A stretch of DNA of 64,000 nt from Saccostrea echinata (GCF_033153115.1 NW_026889803.1:7626001-7690000); one strand, 5' to 3'. Shown: positions 33,398 through 45,011, numbered from the stretch's first letter. The notes: generated by a model from the letters alone, not told the origin. Numbers and translations are program-made.

Positions 33398-35563
33398 ATG
33401 CTGTCCCCCGGTATCGTACTGGGGTTCTTGGTGATTTTTGGCTCCTCGATAGGAACCTTTGGGGATTACTACGGTTCCTTTGACGATTATTATTACTATA
33501 ACGATGACGAACCTCGAGAGATTTCAAAGGAGCAAATCAAAGGTGAAAAATAACATACATTAGAAAATTCAGATATAACAGTTTTTTTACTCCGATCTTT
33601 TGCTTGACATTCAAAGATAGTTATTTCATTAGTTAAAATATTTTACTCCACTCATCTTTGTGGAGAATATTATATATTATATTTTTGGCTTCGTTTTCAT
33701 ATTTTTTAGCAATACAGTCCGTTATGAATGCAGTGCTTAATCAAAACATCGAAAGAGCTGATAACAGATCGTCGAAAGCGCTCGAGACTCAGTCGAGGCG
33801 GTGTGTCAACTCGGTGGAAATGTTTTCCAAATCTTGCGAAGCAGTAAATTGCGGAGGGTAAGTACACTACAAAATAAAGGAAATAAAAAGAATGGTAAAG
33901 ATATTAATGAGTCAAATATTCATTTATTAATAATAATAAAAAATATTAGTGATAAGTCTTGAGAAAAAAATATATTTAGCTTTGAACATTTTCACCATTG
34001 TACTCATTTCAGTGGGAATATATTCGATAAAATAAAAGGAGGGATATCGAAACTAACGAAAAAGGTTATTGGAAAGGCCAAAAAATTCTTGAAGAAGGGA
34101 CTGAAGGCGATCCTCGGGTTTAGAGTCCGCCGGGTGTTCAAAGGAATAAGGAAAGGCATCCGAAAACTGACGAGAAAAATTCGCAGAATAGTCCGACTTC
34201 CACGGGTTAGGGTGCGCCGGGCACTCAGAAGGATACGGAGGGGTGTCCGGAAAATCAGTAGGAAGATCCGCAGAATAGTTCGCCGTGTACGGGTGAGAGT
34301 GCGACTACCACGTGTAAGAATCCGAATCCGTAGGAGGTGGCGAAGTATGTTAACTGATGAAATAAATTTGAATCTCAGTATTTTAAAGAAAATGCTATAG
34401 ATCTCCGATATCTAGACCAAAAGATGATAACGTTTAATGAAAGAATAATTACTTGTTATTTCATCGTCATAATGTTTATTTTATTAATTTTCTTTGTGTT
34501 GGATGATGCCAATATTAATTCTTTTAGATAAAAATAATTGCCCATCATTGTACATTAAAATCAATATTGGATAATCCGAAAAACACCTTTCAAATCATTA
34601 TTTTGCAGGATGGGGAAAGAAAAAGAGATCGACATGCAGTGGGTGTAAACAGATGTCCAGCTTGAGTGAGGAACAACTCGTGGAAAGAAGTACTTTGATT
34701 TTATGTGATTTTATTAATATCAAAAATGCATTGCATTCACTGATAAGATCACCGATAAAGTTTGCCCAAAATTATTAAAAAGAAGTGAAACGGAGACAAA
34801 TTTTACATTAGAAAGTGACTGATTTTAGTTTACTCCAGATTGCAACGAAATACACAGAACTGTCACCTTTGAGTGTTGAAGAATTTTATCTAATTTTGAA
34901 CTGTAGGCCAAACATGGTATATTTAAGGTCTTTCGTCTTCTAACGAAGACCTTCTTGTTATTCTTAGGTTTCTTTTTCACTTTTAATATTACTATTATTT
35001 TTTTTTCTTACTGATTTTGTGCACGCGATTTCTCATTATCTATTATTTTTTTTTAAAACAATGTGAGATAAACTGAAATCATTTCCAAGTTCTTATACTT
35101 GTAGTGTGTCCCTATCTGAAGAAAGCTGAGCAGAGAGCGACCAGAACCATGACTTTCCTATCTAAATTGATATCGGAAATGGAAGAAGGATATCCCGCAA
35201 TTCAAAAAGTGGGTATTTGTTTTATAAACACATCTAAACTGGAAGTCATTGAAAATGTTTAATCTTATTACATTCTAAAAAGCTGTTTATATTAATAAAT
35301 CATATTACATGTAGTAAGTTTTTTTTTGTTATTTTTGTCTATACTGAAGAGACATCTTATTTAAAGAAACAATCTTATCGTTGGAGCCTTTTTACTTGCA
35401 GATTTTGCATTATGAAAACACATCAGATGAAGCAAAAGTAACGTTGGCCGTAAAGGAAGGGACAACAAATTATGTGGTACGGAATTTCAGCAGAAAAGGT
35501 AGTAGAGGAGCAGGGGTTATCCTAGGCCAGTACATTTTCAGGAGAGCAACGGCTGGTTCTTAA
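33398..35563 (+). CDS. Secreted 323-aa precursor with a hypercationic Lys/Arg amphipathic insert; putative remote clusterin homologue / antimicrobial-peptide precursor
   Basis: Exons 33398-33542, 33710-33857, 34013-34344, 34609-34689, 35105-35208, 35402-35563 (972 nt, GT-AG, intron phases 1,2,1,1,0, no stops). Signal peptide MLSPGIVLGFLVIFGSSIGTFG, acidic Tyr-rich DYYGSFDDYYYYNDDE, C-x10-C-x4-C, 112-aa K/R insert, W-G-KKKR, C-x2-C-x15-C. AATAAA at 35594. Confidence 0.88.
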
Positions 35564-35774
35564 AGGCAATGTGAAAAAATAGATCTCAAGTAAAATAAAA
35601 ATGAAATTGAATTTCATTCCATGTGTTTATTTGTTTTGGCGATATAAAAAAAACTGATAATTTATACATGTAAGTTAGAAAGTGGTGTTGGGGTGGGGTT
35701 AAAATATGCACCAAGAGACATAGTCTCTTTCTTGATATTAATAATGATAATGAATATGAATAGCTGCGATGTTG

Positions 35775-36115
35775 ATGGATTTATCAAAGGCTTTTGCTTG
35801 CCTTACTCATGATTTGTTGCTTTTAAAACTCAAAGCATATGGCTTGTCCAAACCAGTATTACATTTGCTAAATGGCTATTATCAAGTAAGAAACAATATC
35901 TAAAGATTGGTCCTCATTTAAGTGAAATACTGGATATTCTGAAAGATGCACCATGAGGGTTCTATTCTTGGACCTGTATTTTTCAATATTTTTATTTACG
36001 ACTTGTTCTTCTTTAATTGTATAAAACTGTATCCTCTATGATTATGCAGATGACAATACCCTAGCAAAATCTCATAAACTGCTACAAGGAGTTATAAAAT
36101 CCTTACAGGAGGACA
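35775..36115 (+). mobile_element. Degenerate CR1/L2-type LINE reverse-transcriptase fragment
   Basis: MDLSKAFxCLTHDLLLLKLKAYGLS ... GSILGPVFFNIFIYDLFFF ... LYDYADDNTL, with frameshifts. Confidence 0.8.
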
Positions 36116-36429
36116 GCTTATTTCTCATTAGAAATGAAAATGAGAAATAAAAGCAAAACCTGAAAATATTTAGTTAAAAATACAAGAACAACAAACTGCA
36201 GGAAGATGTTATTATGAAATGTGCGAATGAAGTAAGTTTTAGTAAAAGATTTTGCAGTGTTAAAAAAATTCTCAAAAAATTTAGAAAATTCAGTTAAGAG
36301 CAAGCACGTTTTATTTATAATGATTATAAGACCTTATATGAACCATTCCTGGAAAGATCCAAATTACCCTGTATAAAAAGTAGATGAGTGAGATTACTTG
36401 CATTAGAAACATTTAAAATAATAAATAAA

Positions 36430-36870
36430 ACAAAAGGCCCATGGATCACAACACCCAAATGAGTACTTATGATCCTCCCTGTTCGTCATCAGTAGATTTA
36501 TTTCCCTATATATTCCTATGTAAACTTTGTACCATTGTACCCCTAACCTACCTCCGGGAGTCATGATTTGAATAAACTTGAATCCAAGGGCGGATCCAAC
36601 AGTTCTTAAAAGGGGGGTCCAGGGTGCCCCCCTCCACTCAAACATAGATTCACATGAGTAGGGAAAGATAAAATCATCTTAGACCGTGGTAAATAATTTT
36701 TTAATTTTTTTCCTTTGTAAAACTTTAATTCTACCCGCGGGGGTCATCATTTGAACAGACTTGAATGCTTTCATGTAAATATGACTCATATTGGTATTTT
36801 TTTTCTTAAAGATTTTTCCTATGTGTTCCCATGTAAAATTTTGATTGCCCATAGTTGCCCCATCATGATT
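36430..36870 (+). mobile_element. Decayed Helentron/Cg170-like fragment
   Basis: AAGGCCCATGG start and CATGATTTGAATAAACTTGAATC / GGGGTCATCATTTGAACA motifs matching the 41419-42828 repeat units. Confidence 0.5.
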
Positions 36871-36944
36871 TTCTGTGAAGTCGATATATCTATGGATCAA
36901 CCGAATGAAAGGGTTATATTTAATTATTAATATTAAGAATTTTA

Positions 36945-37790
36945 ATTTTCGATATCTGAAAATGGAATTTTGATATCAGAAAATGAATTTCTGATATAAA
37001 AACATACTTTCAAATTTTTGATATATAAAAAAAATCGTGTTTTGATATCAGAAAATATTAGTGAAATGATGAAATATAGAACTAACATAAATGAATGCTC
37101 CCTTATATCCGTATCCTTCCTGAATACCGATCCAGATGCAGCATTGTAGGTTCTGGTAACTGTCATTAGCATTATCTTTTATTAGTTGTTTGTCTCTCAT
37201 ATTGAAGATATAGATAGCTAAAACCTTGTGTGTGTGTGTATGTGTTTAATTCTTGTATAGTTTAATGCAGAGATTTAAATGTGCACAAATTGATACATGC
37301 AATTGGAATGCTGACAATTAAGTAACTAATTATAAAATGTCCGGTTTCCAAATAAGTATTGAAGCCTCCTTGAATTGTATTAACAACTCAATGGGAAGAG
37401 ATTCGTAAATAATTGTATAAATTAATAAAATAATTAACACTTTATGAATTCAGTAAGGTCTTCTTACATCATCAACAACGAAACTTGTACGTGTAACCTT
37501 CCTTTTCAACACTGTAATATACACAAGTTCGCCGTTCCACTTCCTTATAGAGAAAAGTACAAAACTGTGAAAACAATTTGGGGAGAATTGATTATCTGTA
37601 TGAGCTGAAACACTAATATTTGTTAAATTTCTGATATCAAAAAATTGATTTTGTGATACGAAAAATTCCAACTGAATTTTTGATATAAAAAAAAACTCGT
37701 TTATTTTTTGGTATAAAAATCCATTTTATGATATCAGAAAATCATTTTTGATATCAAAAATGAAATATTTGATATCAGAAAATACCTTTA
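36945..37790. repeat. Two blocks of TTTCTGATATCAGAAAAT-type short palindromic tandem repeats (36945-37060, 37625-37790)
   Basis: Repeated TGATATCA-centred units at ~22-24 bp period. Confidence 0.55.
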
Positions 37791-38417
37791 AAATACTAAA
37801 ATGGCGCATCATAGCTTTCTTTGTTATTTCAGGGTTTTTTTCAATGCTACGTACATGTTTGCGTTGTAGTGCTGTGTTTTGTTTTAAGCATCAACCAATC
37901 TGCATGTGCTGCTAGTTTCTGAACTTTCCTTTATATGACCATTGATGTCACCATAAATGAATACTAAAACATACATGCACGTGTGCTGAAATGGTTAATA
38001 TTTTAATTGCTTCATCCTTCTAGGTTTTCTATAAAACAATAAATTCTTTGAAATTTTAAATGTAACTCTATATTATGACGTAGATAACAAATTTGAAAAA
38101 ACGTACATTCTCTGCGTTGAAATCTGATTGGCTTAAACGGCTATTCACAGATTTGAAGTTTATATTTTCTAATATTTTCAGTATAATATCATGACTTATA
38201 TGTTGCTAGAGCATTTCACATCGAAATATTATAAAAGCGTGTTGAGAAACTTCTATTATCTGGAATTAATCAAATCTACGAATTTTGGGACGCGTTTGAT
38301 TGACGCATCGTTGCACTTACACGAAGTAAACTTTATCCTTAATATTTAAGAAAAATGGAAAAATTGTTGTGTATTAATGATCAATATCAAAACTATAATC
38401 CAGAAAATTCAAAAAAG

Positions 38418-38548
38418 ATCCCTCACTACTCAAAGACCAGTGCCAAGTACAGGTTTAAATTTGCAGCCCTACATCGGCAAGTGGTGGGGTGATAATATGA
38501 GTAAAAAATTCTCGAAGAGATGTAAAACAACTAACCAAAACAAAACAA
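38418..38548 (+). mobile_element. 3' end of bivalve tRNA-derived SINE
   Basis: CCCTCACTACTCAA...TAAATTTGCAGCCCT...TATGAGTAAAAAATTCTCGA followed by a (CAAAA)n-type tail; homologous to 44710-44955. Confidence 0.6.
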
Positions 38549-39944
38549 GTCTTATAAACATAGAGTTAGTGTAACAGTTTTTATTGAAAATGAAATATAT
38601 CATCCGTCCTTAAAAAAGCCCCCCCCCCTCCATCATATACATACATAAATATGTATATATTTGGCTACCTTTCATATGGAAATAAAATCGAACTAAAGTA
38701 CTCGATATATTAAGCCAGTGTTTCTGATTTGGCACCTTCCGTTTTGATTGCGTTCATAAATTTTGTATGTATAAAACAATCGCGTAGATTCTACCTGTAG
38801 TCCTAAGGTGATGTGCCAATATCAACAAAGTACATCAATATTCTAAAGATAGTTATCCTTCAACATATAAATCGTTCTTTGTCCAATTTTAATTGACCTT
38901 TTATTGTTAGACGTGTGATCTTTTACTTTCATAGACAACAATGAAGTCTTAGTATTATTGTGATCAATAAAGTCAACATTAGAAGAAAATATCTGAACTA
39001 CTTTAAAGACACCAATGCTAACCCAAAGAAGAATTAACAATTGGTTGTAGCGACAGAGTATTAATTTTGATGAGTATCAAAATGAAGGTCCATTGCTATG
39101 AACCTGCGCTTCTTTATCTGATATTGATGTTATTTACTGAATGTTATGATAAGTTGATTATAATATTAAATCATTTGTATCTATTCTCTTGTCATACTGT
39201 AAAGAACTACGAACGCTAACTGTCGATTCCCGCCTACATTTTACACCCATTTAATTCAATACTAATGTCAATTTGGCCGTAAAATCTTTGTTAAATGCAA
39301 AGAACAGTTCAATGGTAATTGACTGATAATTTAATGCCAGTGTTAAATAGTTAATTACCCTTAATTCCAGCTCTTTAAACAAGGGGGATAGACGGTATTT
39401 TCCATTGAAATCAGGCTTTAAAGCATCAACACATTTTAAAATATTCTTGGATATGAATAAATGTTCCTTAAATCTTTTCTTATGTTTTACGCATATAAAA
39501 TTAAACATAGATTACTAATAATAAATACAATGTTTTAGTTGTAAAACCCTTTGAAATTGGTGAAAAAAATAAGCATTTTTGTAGTTTTTTGTCTGTAAAC
39601 ATATGCCCCCCCCCCCCGTTAAACACCAAAAGCTTTGTTTTGACAAAAAACTTTGGTATGAATTTGTGAAATGACAGTCCACCTGTAAAAAGGAATTTTT
39701 GTTTCACGGGAGGGGGGATGTTTTAAAAATATTTCCCGTTTTCCGTTGATTTCTATAGTGAAAAAGACAAGTTTTACCAAAATGATAGAGTTATCTCTCT
39801 TTGTTTTTCCAAAGAAGTAATGTTTTTTGAAAATTCATATAAATATCCATATAAATATGAAAAATCATTCAAATGTGTTAACTTTTGAAAAATTGACTTG
39901 GAGGTAGGCGGTATTCCGTATTAGTGCTAAGTATTTTTTAAGCT

Positions 39945-40500
39945 GGAAATTCCAACTTTAAAGTTGGTTTTTCCAACTTACAAGTTTGTAATTACAACTT
40001 TAATCTTGGCTTTTCCACCTTTAAAGTTGTAAAACCCAACTTTAAAGTAGGAATTACCAACTTCAAAAAATATTACATAGCAATGAACAGTCAGTGATCA
40101 TTGTTTATATTCATTGTATTGTACCATTGAACAGTCATTCATATTTGTTTGCATTGTATGATTATTCATTTCACATGTTATATCAAAGTAAAGCCACAAA
40201 AACTGCCAAATCATTGTTGCTTTATTCTATCGGAATAATACGCTTCCTGTGTAAATTATTAAACTAGAGGAAGAAAAACTGAAGCTTTTAGGTGGTTAAA
40301 TTCAACGCGTTTACTATCAGCCGGTAAATTCAAAATTAACAATATGACAATATTACATCATCTTTGGTATTATTCAGGTCAGAAAAATTAAAATCTTTAA
40401 AAAAAAAATCCCAAGACAAAGAGACAAAGGTAATTCCAACTTTAATTTTGGCTTTTCCAACTTTAAAGTTGGTAATTCCAACTTAATCTTGGCTTTTCTT
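39945..40500. repeat. TTCCAACTTTAAAGTTGG palindromic ~22-bp repeats (39945-40070, 40430-40500), probably MITE-borne
   Basis: Repeated CCAACTTTAAAGTTGG units in two blocks. Confidence 0.55.
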
Positions 40501-41418
40501 TTGTACGGCTTTATGTGTTATATTCAGGTCATAAAAATTGAAATGTTTGTTTTCCCAGGACAAAGGCTATATGGATAATACCCTGGTATTACTAGGAAAT
40601 TCACCCCAATGTATTAACAACCAAGGAACTTTTAAATTTTATTTTTATGTGCATGTCTTGTTCATTTACCATATCTTTGATTAATAATTACTATTCACAA
40701 CTGTCCTCTTAATTTCTATCTTGGCCATTATCTCCCTAAAACAAAGTTTTTAGTCCCGAGTCATTAGCATTCTACAGTTTAAATGTTTTCTTGTGCCAAT
40801 TAAACACTAATCATCACGAAATCATTTTGAAACTTTAGCAAACCAATTAAAACTACGATCAGCAAGTTTTATCAAAGTCAATTATATCTAAGTAAATATA
40901 CTGTATTCATACAAAACTGCGTAATGGAATATCATAAGTTGGACAAAATTTAGAAACAAATTTATGCCAAAATTATGGCTTAAATTGAGCTATTCAACTT
41001 AACCTAAAAAAAGATTATCATTAGGAATTTTTAAAACTTGAAACTTAAAACTAGAAATATTAGTTCTGCTTTCAACCTAGGAATGAGTGCCCAGTGGACT
41101 AATCTAACCATTTGGCATATATGTTTATTTTAGGTTGTACAGTCTCCTTTACACAACATGATCGATCACGAATTCCGGTGAGTTTCTATTGGACAGCCAA
41201 CGGATACTCAAAATCGGAATGTGAGAGAGAATGTGCGGCTGATATAGCCTGCGCTGGGTAGGGCTATAGATCATACCAGGGGAATTGCACAAAATCACAG
41301 CACTCAGACTCCATGACGACCAATCTATTCTGTTTTTCGTGTGATTTTTATCATAAAAATTGTGAAACAGGTTTGATTTTACCGTTTTACGTCATTCTGA
41401 AAATCCGTAGTATGATTA

Positions 41419-41419
41419 G

Positions 41420-41452
<33 letters not shown>

Positions 41453-42787
41453 CACATTGACTAGGTGAAAAAGCAAAAATCATTTCAGTATTGAAAAGTT
41501 TACGGGGGGATTGAATTAATTTTAAACTACCTGATGATGCTTTCATATCATTATAACAAATGGCTTTGCTTTTCTAGCAGAAGATTTTTCCCATATATTC
41601 ATTTGTAACAATTTGATGCCCCATTGTGGCCCCACCCTACCCCCGGGGGCCCTCATTTGAACAAATTTCATTCTACACTATCCAAGGATGCCTCCATATC
41701 AATATGACTAATCATGGCTTTTCTGTTCTTGAGAAAAATATTTTTTTCCTATATATTCCTCTGTAAACTTTGATCACCCATTGTGGCCCCACCCTACCTC
41801 CGGGGGTCATGATTTGAACAAATTTGAATCTACACTACCTGAGGATGCTTCCATATAAATATCACCAATCATGGCTGTGCTGTTCTTAAGAAGAAGATTT
41901 TTAAAGATATTTTCCTATATATTTCTATGTTAAACTTTGATCCCCCATTGTGGCCCCACCCTACCCTCGGGGGCCCTCATTTGAACAAATTTCATTCTAC
42001 ACTACCCAAAGATGCCTCCATATCAATATGACTAATCCTGGCTTTTCTGTTCTTGAGAAAAAAATTTTTCCTATATATTCCTCTGTAAAATTTGATCACC
42101 CATTGTGGCCCCAGTCTACCTCCGGGGATCATGATTTGAACAAACTTTAATCTACACTACCTGAGGATGCTTCCATATAAATATCACCAATCATGGCTTT
42201 GTGGTTCTTAAGAAGAAGATTTTTAAAGATATTTTCCTATATATTTCTATGTAAAACTTTGACCCCTCATTATGGCTCCACCTTACCCCCGGGGGTCATG
42301 ATTTGAACAAACTTGAATCTACGCTACCTGAGGATGCTTCCATATAGATATGACCAATCATGGTTTTGCTGTTCTTAAGAAGAAAATTTTTAAAAATATT
42401 TTCCTACATATATCTATGTAAAACTTTGATCCCCCATTGTGGCCCCACCTTACCCCTGGGGGCCATGATTTGAACAAATTTAAATTTACACTACCTGAGG
42501 ATGTTTCCACATTAGTTTCATCTTTCCTGGCCCAGTGGTTCTTGAGAAGAAGATTTTTAAATGATGCCATTATTTTTTCACTAATTCCTAATTATCTCCC
42601 CTTGAAAGAGGGCGTGGTCCTTCATTTGAATTAACTTGAATTCCCCTTACCCAAGGATACTTTGTGGCAAGTTTGGTTGAATTTGGTCAAGTGGTTCTTG
42701 AGAAGAAGTCAAAAATGTGAAAAGTTTACAGACAGACAGACAGACGGACAGCTAGACTGACAGATGGACGCCGGACAAAATGTGATT

Positions 42788-42828
<41 letters not shown>
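41419..42828 (+). mobile_element. Helentron-type non-autonomous element carrying ~6 units of a 156-167-bp Cg170-like satellite
   Basis: 5' CAAGAGGCCCATGGGCCACATCGCTCACCTGAG; units start at ~41620, 41778, 41944, 42100, 42266, 42433; (GACA)n tract; 3' hairpin AGCTCACTTGAGCCTTCGGCTCAGGTGAGCT followed by an A-run. Confidence 0.85.
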
Positions 42829-42899
42829 GGTAAATATGAGAGAATATTTTAACAATAGTTATTGTCCTAGTGTAAAAATAAGCCATCGACTGCAAAAGT

Positions 42900-43450
42900 C
42901 AGCGCTTCTCGCAAAAGTCCATTAATTTCTCTTTCTACTAAAATATCCAAATATGAAACAAATGTGTCAGACTGTGGTATCTTTTATTGCAAGTTCACTG
43001 GGATATATCGAGTCGACATATGATTGTTAATTCATAATGCGTCGTCGATATATCTAAATGTCGAGTAGAAGGCCACAGCAAATGTTTTCTTCTTCTCATG
43101 TATAATTTTCTGAATAAATTATGCTTCATATGAATACAAAAATAGGTCTGCTAATAATTGGGCGCAATTAGCATTCATGGAAATTACGACAAATTGTTGG
43201 AAGACTTGATCTCCAAAAACTACATAGATATTATAAATCAGAAACTCAAGCATCTTTTAAAGTCAACTTCAGAGTACATGTGTGTACAAGCAGAATGTTT
43301 TTTTAACAAAATAATTTTGCAAATGACCAATGACAATGTAAGTAAGTTTACGAGTTCCATTTTAATGAAAAAGTAGCTGCCTATGATGTCAAAAAGCCTG
43401 GACTTAATTTATCGTGGGGAATGTTGTATAAAGTGTTGAAAAGTCGTACC
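42900..43450 (-). mobile_element. Degenerate Penelope-like RT fragment
   Basis: Partly the reverse complement of the 51005-51250 segment (TCGACATTTAGATATATCGACGAC = STFRYIDD; CTGACACATTTGTTTCATATTTGGATATT); the remainder aligns with 57400-57930. Confidence 0.7.
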
Positions 43451-43882
43451 CTTTGATGTTTGATTTTTGTAAAATATTGTGATTTCAAATTTTCTAACAG
43501 TTCCTTGGAGATTTCAAGTATTCATATCTGATTTACACCACTTCTCGAATATATTGTAGTACAGTGTATGTAATTGACTGCTGTGAATAGTAAGGAATAA
43601 AGAAAGAGACTTGGTAAAACATTTACTGGAATATATTATACAGTGAAGTAATACAATATATATTCCCTTTGATAATTAAAGTCAAATATCATCAGATTCA
43701 TTAAAATCTTTACAAATATAGGCCTACATGTGTACTTATCAATTATTAAGACACTTGTGACTATAATTATGAATATAATACAATGCATTTAATTTCTTAA
43801 TTATGTAAATAAAAAGACACATTTTTTTTATGTGTTTCCGATTCCATAATCTATTGTGTTTTCAGTCCGATTCTGATCACTA

Positions 43883-44660
43883 GTCAGACGTCGATGAGAG
43901 CTGAACTTTTAATGCTTTTGTTAGACATTCATAAAACCAGATCTTTTAATGTGTTTGTTAGAAGTCGATAAGACCAAATCTGCTAATGCTTTTGTTAGAA
44001 GTCGATAAGACCAAATCTGCTAATGCTTTTGTTAGAAGTCGATGAGACCAAATCTGCTAATGCTTTTGTTAGAAGTCGATAAGACCAAATCTGCTAATGC
44101 TTTTGTTAGAAGTCGGTAAGACCAAATCTGCTAATGCTTTTGTTAGAAGTCGGTAAGACCAAATCTGCTAATGCTTTTGTTAGAAGTCGATAAGACCAAA
44201 TCTGCTAATGCTTTTGTTAGAAGTCGATAAGACCAAATCTGCTAATGCTTTTGTTAGAAGTCGATAAGACCAAATCTGCTAATGCTTTTGTTAGAAGTTG
44301 GTAAGACCAAATCTGCTAATGCTTTTGTTAGAAGTCGATAAGACCAAATCTGCTAATGCTTTTGTTAGAAGTCGATGAGACCAAATCTGCTAATGCTTTT
44401 GTTAGAAGTCGATGAGACCAAATCTGCTAATGCTTTTGTTAGAAGTCGATAAGACCAAATCTGCTAATGCTTTTGTTAGAAGTCGGTAAGACCAAATCTG
44501 CTAATGCTTTTGTTAGAAGTCGGTAAGACCAAATCTGCTAATGCTTTTGTTAGAAGTCGATGAGACCAGAACTTCTGATTCTTTTATCAGATGTCGTTGA
44601 GACCCGATCTTTAAATGCTTTCGTCAGAAGTCGATGAGATAAGCATTTCTAATGCTGTTT
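43883..44660. repeat. 37-bp minisatellite: 16 near-identical units (43957-44548) plus diverged flanking units
   Basis: Unit GTTAGAAGTCG(A/G)T(A/G)AGACCAAATCTGCTAATGCTTTT, head-to-tail, no spacers. Confidence 0.97.
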
Positions 44661-44709
44661 TTTTTTTTTTTTCAGAGGTCCATGAAATCAGAACAGAAGT
44701 TGCAATGCA

Positions 44710-44955
44710 TTTGATCGAAAGGACGTGGGTTCGCGCTAAGTCAAATGTCAGTCGTTAAAATTGGTAGCAACTGTTCCTACAACTAATGATCGGTAATTTA
44801 ACGTGAAAGTTGCAGGCCCTAAGGATGAGACTTGAAACCCAGAACTCCTAAACGGCAGGCTTTGACACAATAAAGAACTCTCACTGCTCAAAGGCACTGA
44901 GTTCCGAGTAAAGGTCTAAATTTGAAGTCGTTCACCAGCATAGGTGACATCTCAC
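44710..44955 (+). mobile_element. Degenerate bivalve tRNA-derived SINE
   Basis: GGGTTCG (B-box remnant), GTCGTTAAAA.TGGTAG, TAAAGAACTCTCACTGCTCAA, AGGTCTAAATTTGAAG, GGTGACATCTC. Confidence 0.6.
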
Positions 44956-44971
44956 CAGAGATAAGAGTTCT

Positions 44972-44974
<3 letters not shown>

Positions 44975-45009
<35 letters not shown>
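44975..45009. repeat. (CT)n microsatellite
   Basis: Direct reading. Confidence 0.95.

Positions 45010-45011
<2 letters not shown>

Noticed and set aside
34089-34400. Arg-rich ORF as a stand-alone protamine / sperm nuclear basic protein
   Set aside because: It starts at TTG inside a spliced exon of a signal-peptide gene, is rich in Ile/Val/Leu in amphipathic register, lacks Ser-Arg repeats and is followed by an amidation/cleavage site.
43957-44548. 37-bp repeats as a CRISPR array
   Set aside because: Units are head-to-tail with no unique spacers, there are no cas genes, and the context is a eukaryotic intron.
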